Below are positions 59,676 to 64,000 of a stretch of 64,000 nucleotides of DNA, one piece after another. The stretch comes from an uncultured Weeksellaceae bacterium (GTDB lineage: Bacteria; Bacteroidota; Bacteroidia; Flavobacteriales; BACL11): assembly GCA_964397025.1 (NCBI GenBank), contig CAYNGO010000001.1, forward strand, positions 38,038-102,037. Reading direction: 5' to 3'. A program made the position numbers and the translations under genes. Position 1 is the first letter of the stretch; each line of letters starts with the position of its first letter. Below the pieces are notes generated by a model. That model was not told where the DNA came from. It worked only from the letters and a program-made list of their open reading frames with translations, and did no database searches.

Positions 59676-61034
59676 TTATTTAATTACTTCTACTTTATGA
59701 GTATAAACAGAGCCATTAACAGTAGATCTTATTAGATATAAACCTTGATTTAAAGCCTTATATGTTTTATAACTATATGTATTTGGGCTTAGGTTTTTAT
59801 TTATAAAAGTTTCTAAAACGCGGCCATTAATATCAATTAGCTCAATTAAGACAGAAGAGTTCTTAGAAATAGTAAAGGCAATATTTATATCTTCTTTTGC
59901 CGGTATAGGATATGATGATATATCAAATTCAGAACTATTTTCTAAAACAGTAACTGGCGCTGCAGAAAGCCCAAGATCATCTATATAATACTTATCCCAA
60001 TTAACCATGCCTTGATCAAAAAAGAAAACAACCCTGTCAACACTCATTGATCCAGAAGAAACCGAAGATAAATCAAAATTTAATTGCTGCCAAGTGTTGT
60101 TTTGCCAAATCCCTTGCTCAAACCCAATTACTTCGCTTCCATTATTTTGAAAGGATACATACACAGAGGTTGGGGGACCATAAACTTTCATGTTAAAAAA
60201 CGGATATAACCCAACCTCAAAATCGCCATTTAAAGGATAAGCAATAAAAACATCTTCTCCATTGGCGTCAGGATTTCTAGTATATTCACCACAATACTTA
60301 CTATTATTAATTGTGCTGGTTTCGGGGTTATAGACTTGATTAAGCCATCCACTCATATAGTCATAAGACGGGCAGGCAGTGGCAGAAGGACACATTCCTA
60401 GGTTCCAGCTACAATCCCAATCAGCTAAATCTTTTGCAGGGTCGCTTGTAAAACCATCGCACTGGTTGTTAAGCTCCGGACCGTATAAATTATCAAAGTA
60501 ATAAATATCTCCAGTGTTTGTTCCGCCATTGAAAAGTAATATTAACGAAGAAAGTCCAACATCAGACATTGAAGGGTCTGGTTTTGAATCAAAAGTAAGT
60601 ACTATGTTTTCCCATCCATTTGCAACAGTTGTTACGCCAAGATAGATGCTATGTCTCCCCGTAGGGTAGTTGGTGGGGCCGGCTAATGTAGAGTCTTCAA
60701 GTGTAATTTGAACAGGAATACCTGCTGCCGGACTATAAACATCAACGCTCATAGTTTTTGTTCCGTTTACATAATCAGAAACATCCGCCATAGGCCCGTT
60801 AGCAATAATTACAAGCACATCCCAAAGCTCACCCGGGTTTCTTACATACTGGGCGCATGTGCTAGAAGTGTTAACAAAACTAGTCATATCTGGATTTGCA
60901 TATCTTGTTGTCATTCCTCCATGTACAAATTCATAATAACCGATTCGCGTATCCTCAAAATTATCCCACATAACTTGTGAAAACATAAAGTTAGGAAGTA
61001 TAAATAATGCTATTAAAAAAAGATAGTTTTTCAT
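59676..61034 (-). CDS. T9SS type A-sorted secreted protein with two CBM-like beta-sandwich modules
   Basis: 452 aa with a signal peptide. Module brackets WDNFED...YYFDNLYG and CDGFTSD...YYIDDLGL. CTD: SSYPIPAKEDINIAF...LNQGLYLIRS...HKVEVIK. Confidence 0.6.
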   Translation of the reverse strand: MKNYLFLIALFILPNFMFSQVMWDNFEDTRIGYYEFVHGGMTTRYANPDMTSFVNTSSTCAQYVRNPGELWDVLVIIANGPMADVSDYVNGTKTMSVDVYSPAAGIPVQITLEDSTLAGPTNYPTGRHSIYLGVTTVANGWENIVLTFDSKPDPSMSDVGLSSLILLFNGGTNTGDIYYFDNLYGPELNNQCDGFTSDPAKDLADWDCSWNLGMCPSATACPSYDYMSGWLNQVYNPETSTINNSKYCGEYTRNPDANGEDVFIAYPLNGDFEVGLYPFFNMKVYGPPTSVYVSFQNNGSEVIGFEQGIWQNNTWQQLNFDLSSVSSGSMSVDRVVFFFDQGMVNWDKYYIDDLGLSAAPVTVLENSSEFDISSYPIPAKEDINIAFTISKNSSVLIELIDINGRVLETFINKNLSPNTYSYKTYKALNQGLYLIRSTVNGSVYTHKVEVIK

Positions 61035-61038
61035 AATT

Positions 61039-62277
61039 TTAATTTTTAGTTAGTTTAATATTGTCAAGATTTAGCTTTGTTTGATAGGCAAACTCAAACC
61101 TAATTTGCTTGATTTTTGTTAAGTTTATTTTTGATTTTTTTATTGGAAAGCGATAAAGAGGTATAGAAAAAACAGTCCATTTTGGATCATCAGTTGTTTT
61201 TTGCTCACTTATAACATAAGAGCTTTTTACTCCAGAATAATCCTCTAAAGATATTGTAAAAGGCTTCATTTTTTCATTTTTCATTTCAAAATCAAGACTC
61301 AGGTCTTTAATTGAGCGGCTAATATCTGTGTATAGCCAATTATTCCAGCTTATTCCAAACTCTAGCCAGTCACAACTCATAGAGTCTGTGTTTATTTCTA
61401 TAAAAGTGTTGCCATTAGATTTTTTAATACTCAGGTTAGAGCACTTTGGATGGTTAATACCCCAGCTTGAAATCAAGGAGTCTTCAAAAATTGTAATTGG
61501 ACCAATTGAATCAAAAACCGTTAAGTTGTCCTCAAGCCTCTTATACTTATTTTCGTGTTTAACAATCTTTATCTCGTCAATATAAACATCTGTTGCGTCA
61601 TAGCACTGCATTAATAGCTGCTTAACATTTGTAAGATTTATTTTGTTTTTCAAATAAGAAAAACTTTGTAGGGGCACAGTAACCTTTGTCCAGGAGGTTG
61701 TTATTTCTCCCCCTTCAATTCCAAGGTAATTAGCCGTTGCATAGCATTGATTTTCAGAGTAATCTTCTAAAATAAAAACAACAGGAAGGTTTGTTATAGA
61801 CCCTTTATCAACTCTAATTAAAAACTCAATTGCAGACTTTGTCATTATTCCACTCATGTCTTTGCCCTGCCACCCATCCCATCCAATCCCCATTCCAATC
61901 CATTCACAAGATGGTTTTTTTGTTGTTTTTAAATGAATTGAATTTTTAATGATTTTTTTTCTGTCTTTTATTTTAACTGTAGGAAGTTTGAATTTACTGT
62001 AAAATTCATCAAGCTCTTGCTCGTTCTTTTTTTCAAGTCCAGACTCTTGTTTTAAAGAATAATCAATGCTAGCATCAAAAGAAGAGAAACTAAATGGGTT
62101 GCAGTTTTCATCATCCATTCCCCAGACCTCATCACTTCCTCCTTTACTAAATATTTCTGTAGAGGTAAATCCATTTATCCCTTCAGTATTTTCTATTTCT
62201 ATATCATATAGAGTAAGCTTGTCCATGTTTTTACATGAACATAAAAAAACAAATATGATAATAAACACTCTATACAT
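61039..62277 (-). CDS. Lipoprotein with two internally duplicated CBM-like modules
   Basis: 412 aa. Lipobox FVFLCSC. Paired motifs: CEWIGMGIGWDGW/CDWLEFGISWNNW, ILEDYSENQ/SLEDYSGVK, WTKVTVPLQSF/WTVFSIPLYRF, KINLTNVKQL/KINLTKIKQI. Confidence 0.6.
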   Translation of the reverse strand: MYRVFIIIFVFLCSCKNMDKLTLYDIEIENTEGINGFTSTEIFSKGGSDEVWGMDDENCNPFSFSSFDASIDYSLKQESGLEKKNEQELDEFYSKFKLPTVKIKDRKKIIKNSIHLKTTKKPSCEWIGMGIGWDGWQGKDMSGIMTKSAIEFLIRVDKGSITNLPVVFILEDYSENQCYATANYLGIEGGEITTSWTKVTVPLQSFSYLKNKINLTNVKQLLMQCYDATDVYIDEIKIVKHENKYKRLEDNLTVFDSIGPITIFEDSLISSWGINHPKCSNLSIKKSNGNTFIEINTDSMSCDWLEFGISWNNWLYTDISRSIKDLSLDFEMKNEKMKPFTISLEDYSGVKSSYVISEQKTTDDPKWTVFSIPLYRFPIKKSKINLTKIKQIRFEFAYQTKLNLDNIKLTKN

Positions 62278-62278
62278 T

Positions 62279-63289
62279 TTATTGTTCCAGTATTGGGCTT
62301 CCCTCGCTCCAAATTAGATAATCAACATCAGCCTTGGCAAAACCAGAAGTTGGATTAGCCAAGAGAAGAGTTCTTATTTTAATTATTTTATTAGGCTCTC
62401 TTATTGCATTTCCCCCTGTACCACCACCACTTGGGTCTGTTGCTAATATTAAGTCACTATACCTTATAGATATCATTTTCCATCCATTCCAATCAACATG
62501 AAACTCATAGTCAAGCCTGTCTTCGTTATTTGGGTTATAATAATCATCTTGATTCTCATCTTCATAAAACTCAAGCTTAAAAAGGGAATTAGCCTCATTT
62601 GTAGGAGACAGAGTGCTGTCGCCATAAATCATCATGTTAAAAAAAACATTGTCAGGATCAGCGCTTAACACTCCTTGCTGAAGCCAATGGGATGTGGGGT
62701 AGTCTATATATCCGATTAGCCAATCCCAATCACACGTTCCCTCTTGAGACAGATATCTTTCTTTTTGACCAGCCCCACCTGTTTCTATACTCTTTGAACA
62801 GGTTGTTTGAAAAAAGCTAGTAAAATTAGGATTAAAACCACTCTCAAAATCACTTATCAAAAGCTCTTGCCCATTTCCATAGGTTTTTGAAGAAACAATA
62901 TTTAATGTTTTAAAAATAGAATCGTTATGGTTGGAAAAAGAGAGCACAACAGAGCAGTTTTCTACTTGAAAAAAAGGAAGAGTAGTTACCCCTCCGTTCC
63001 AAGAGCTGTTTTCTTCATTAATAGAATTGGATTTGCCAGATATTACTTTTGTTGATCCAGAATTTTGGCCAACTATACTAATGCTCCAGTCTACAATTTT
63101 AGAAAAAGATGCGGTGAAAAAAAGATTTTCATTATTACTAAAGTCAGTAGAATCCCCAATAACTTCAAGGCCTTGAACAATAGTTAGGTCCCCATATAAA
63201 TCATTTAAATTTGGCCCTTCTATCCCCTCTTTTTCACAAGAGATAAAGAAAAGCGCTAAAAAAGGTATTATAATTTTAATTGTTTTCAT
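62279..63289 (-). CDS. Lipoprotein with a C-terminal CBM-like module
   Basis: 336 aa. Lipobox LFFISCE. Module bracket ISDFESGF...CDWDWLIGY...VDWNGWKMISIRYSDL...DVDYLIW. Confidence 0.55.
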   Translation of the reverse strand: MKTIKIIIPFLALFFISCEKEGIEGPNLNDLYGDLTIVQGLEVIGDSTDFSNNENLFFTASFSKIVDWSISIVGQNSGSTKVISGKSNSINEENSSWNGGVTTLPFFQVENCSVVLSFSNHNDSIFKTLNIVSSKTYGNGQELLISDFESGFNPNFTSFFQTTCSKSIETGGAGQKERYLSQEGTCDWDWLIGYIDYPTSHWLQQGVLSADPDNVFFNMMIYGDSTLSPTNEANSLFKLEFYEDENQDDYYNPNNEDRLDYEFHVDWNGWKMISIRYSDLILATDPSGGGTGGNAIREPNKIIKIRTLLLANPTSGFAKADVDYLIWSEGSPILEQ

Positions 63290-63291
63290 TT

Positions 63292-64000
63292 TTATAAATT
63301 CATATTAAACATAAAGTAAACTCTTGATAATGATAGCCTGTTAATATCATTGATTTTATCTGTAATTTCAATTTTATTTGTTTGTAGACTGAAATAAATA
63401 TCGTTAGTAAAATTGTATTGTAACCCAATTAGCATAATGCTTTCTTGGGAATCGTAATTGTATAGGTCATAGCCAATTATTTCGTCATAATTATTTCTTT
63501 CAGTTCCAACCTCATTTCCTTTTCCAACAAAAGACTTAAGGCCAGCAATTAGCTTAAGATTTTTAAATAGCTCATAGCTTGCCCCGGCAGAAACTAATGA
63601 AGAATTAAAGTTAATTGATTCAAGCTCATAACCTCCTCTTCTAACATTTTCGGAATTAAAGCTAAACTCAGCTGTTGTTTTGTTTTTTAGATTAAGAAGC
63701 TCATCAACCTTTACTAAGACATTTGCTCCTCCTGCAAAAAAAGATCTTTTCTCAAAGGTTCCTTGCCCTATAACCTCATTAAAAAAACCAAAATCTCCCT
63801 TTGCCGTTATCGTTTTGCTATTATCGTAGCTAAAAGAATACTTAAGCCCATTTCTGTTTGGAGTTGACTCTCCATAAGGTGAGACCGCACTATATAGCGG
63901 ATTGTAATTCATTAGTGATGTAGAAAGACGTTGATTATAGATATTAGGGTCTGTTGTTATGTCTAATAAGCTTACGGGTCTTAAAATAGTATTGTTAGTA
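63292..64000 (-). CDS. Outer-membrane beta-barrel-like protein, C-terminal part (the gene continues beyond the window edge)
   Basis: The frame is open from 63912 to position 64000 (…TNNTILRPVSLLDITTDPNIYNQRLSTSLMNYNPLY…), so the ORF-track Met is internal. It shows an alternating hydrophobic beta-strand pattern and ends ...RVYFMFNMNL. Confidence 0.45.
   Translation of the reverse strand, partial: TNNTILRPVSLLDITTDPNIYNQRLSTSLMNYNPLYSAVSPYGESTPNRNGLKYSFSYDNSKTITAKGDFGFFNEVIGQGTFEKRSFFAGGANVLVKVDELLNLKNKTTAEFSFNSENVRRGGYELESINFNSSLVSAGASYELFKNLKLIAGLKSFVGKGNEVGTERNNYDEIIGYDLYNYDSQESIMLIGLQYNFTNDIYFSLQTNKIEITDKINDINRLSLSRVYFMFNMNL

Noticed and set aside
63292-64000. Calling the partial right-edge ORF a SusC-type TonB-dependent receptor
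   Set aside because: Only the C-terminal ~236 aa are visible, no SusD-like gene follows, and the terminal residues are atypical. I left it as a generic outer-membrane beta-barrel candidate.
1-64000. CRISPR arrays, transposases, integrases, toxin-antitoxin or known defence genes
   Set aside because: I looked for regularly spaced direct repeats, inverted terminal repeats and nuclease/ATPase/recombinase-like ORFs and found none. The only repeats are the short AT-rich ones at 55.7-56.2 kb.

Overview
This is a visibly AT-rich (not computed), very gene-dense chromosomal segment of about 60 genes. Many genes sit 0-5 nt apart or overlap, and five convergent gene pairs overlap at their 3' ends. It reads as a streamlined Flavobacteriia-type Bacteroidota genome. 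Supporting signs are T9SS C-terminal sorting domains, a GldH-like lipoprotein, an S46 peptidase, TAnnTTTG -7 promoter boxes close to start codons, and no GGAGG-like ribosome-binding sites by eye. Most genes are housekeeping: the suf tail (sufE, DUF59, DUF2480-like, DUF3050-like), purF, purN, ileS/DksA-like/lspA, asd, uvrC, lysS, lipB, scoAB, PBP1A/gldH/holB, pgk, pheS, pyk, rnc/fabF/acpP, rnhA, tRNA-Asn(GUU), rnr and rpiB. The accessory content is:
- a translationally coupled operon of a PLP decarboxylase, a His/His/Cys protein, a CxxC protein and a glutaredoxin-like protein (7.25-9.83 kb);
- two tandem secreted CotH-kinase-family proteins (10-15.1 kb);
- a carotenoid tailoring operon fused behind asd (19.5-23.3 kb), plus a CrtA-like gene at 46.3 kb;
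- several T9SS cargo proteins;
- a 533-bp extremely AT-rich gap with (AAT)n repeats (55.7-56.2 kb);
- a tight minus-strand operon at the right edge (57.7-64 kb) encoding an outer-membrane beta-barrel (truncated by the window), two lipoproteins and one T9SS protein built from related beta-sandwich modules, a clan GH-A-like hydrolase and a Nudix-type (NrtR/AraR-like) regulator.
I saw no rRNA, CRISPR, transposase, integrase or recognisable defence genes. The best candidates for something undescribed are the right-edge glycan-type locus, the decarboxylase operon, a short shared C-terminal tag on two secreted proteins, and an rnc gene with no canonical start codon. All family assignments come from motif recognition by eye, with no database search. 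I revised several ORF-track start codons using promoter-box positions.
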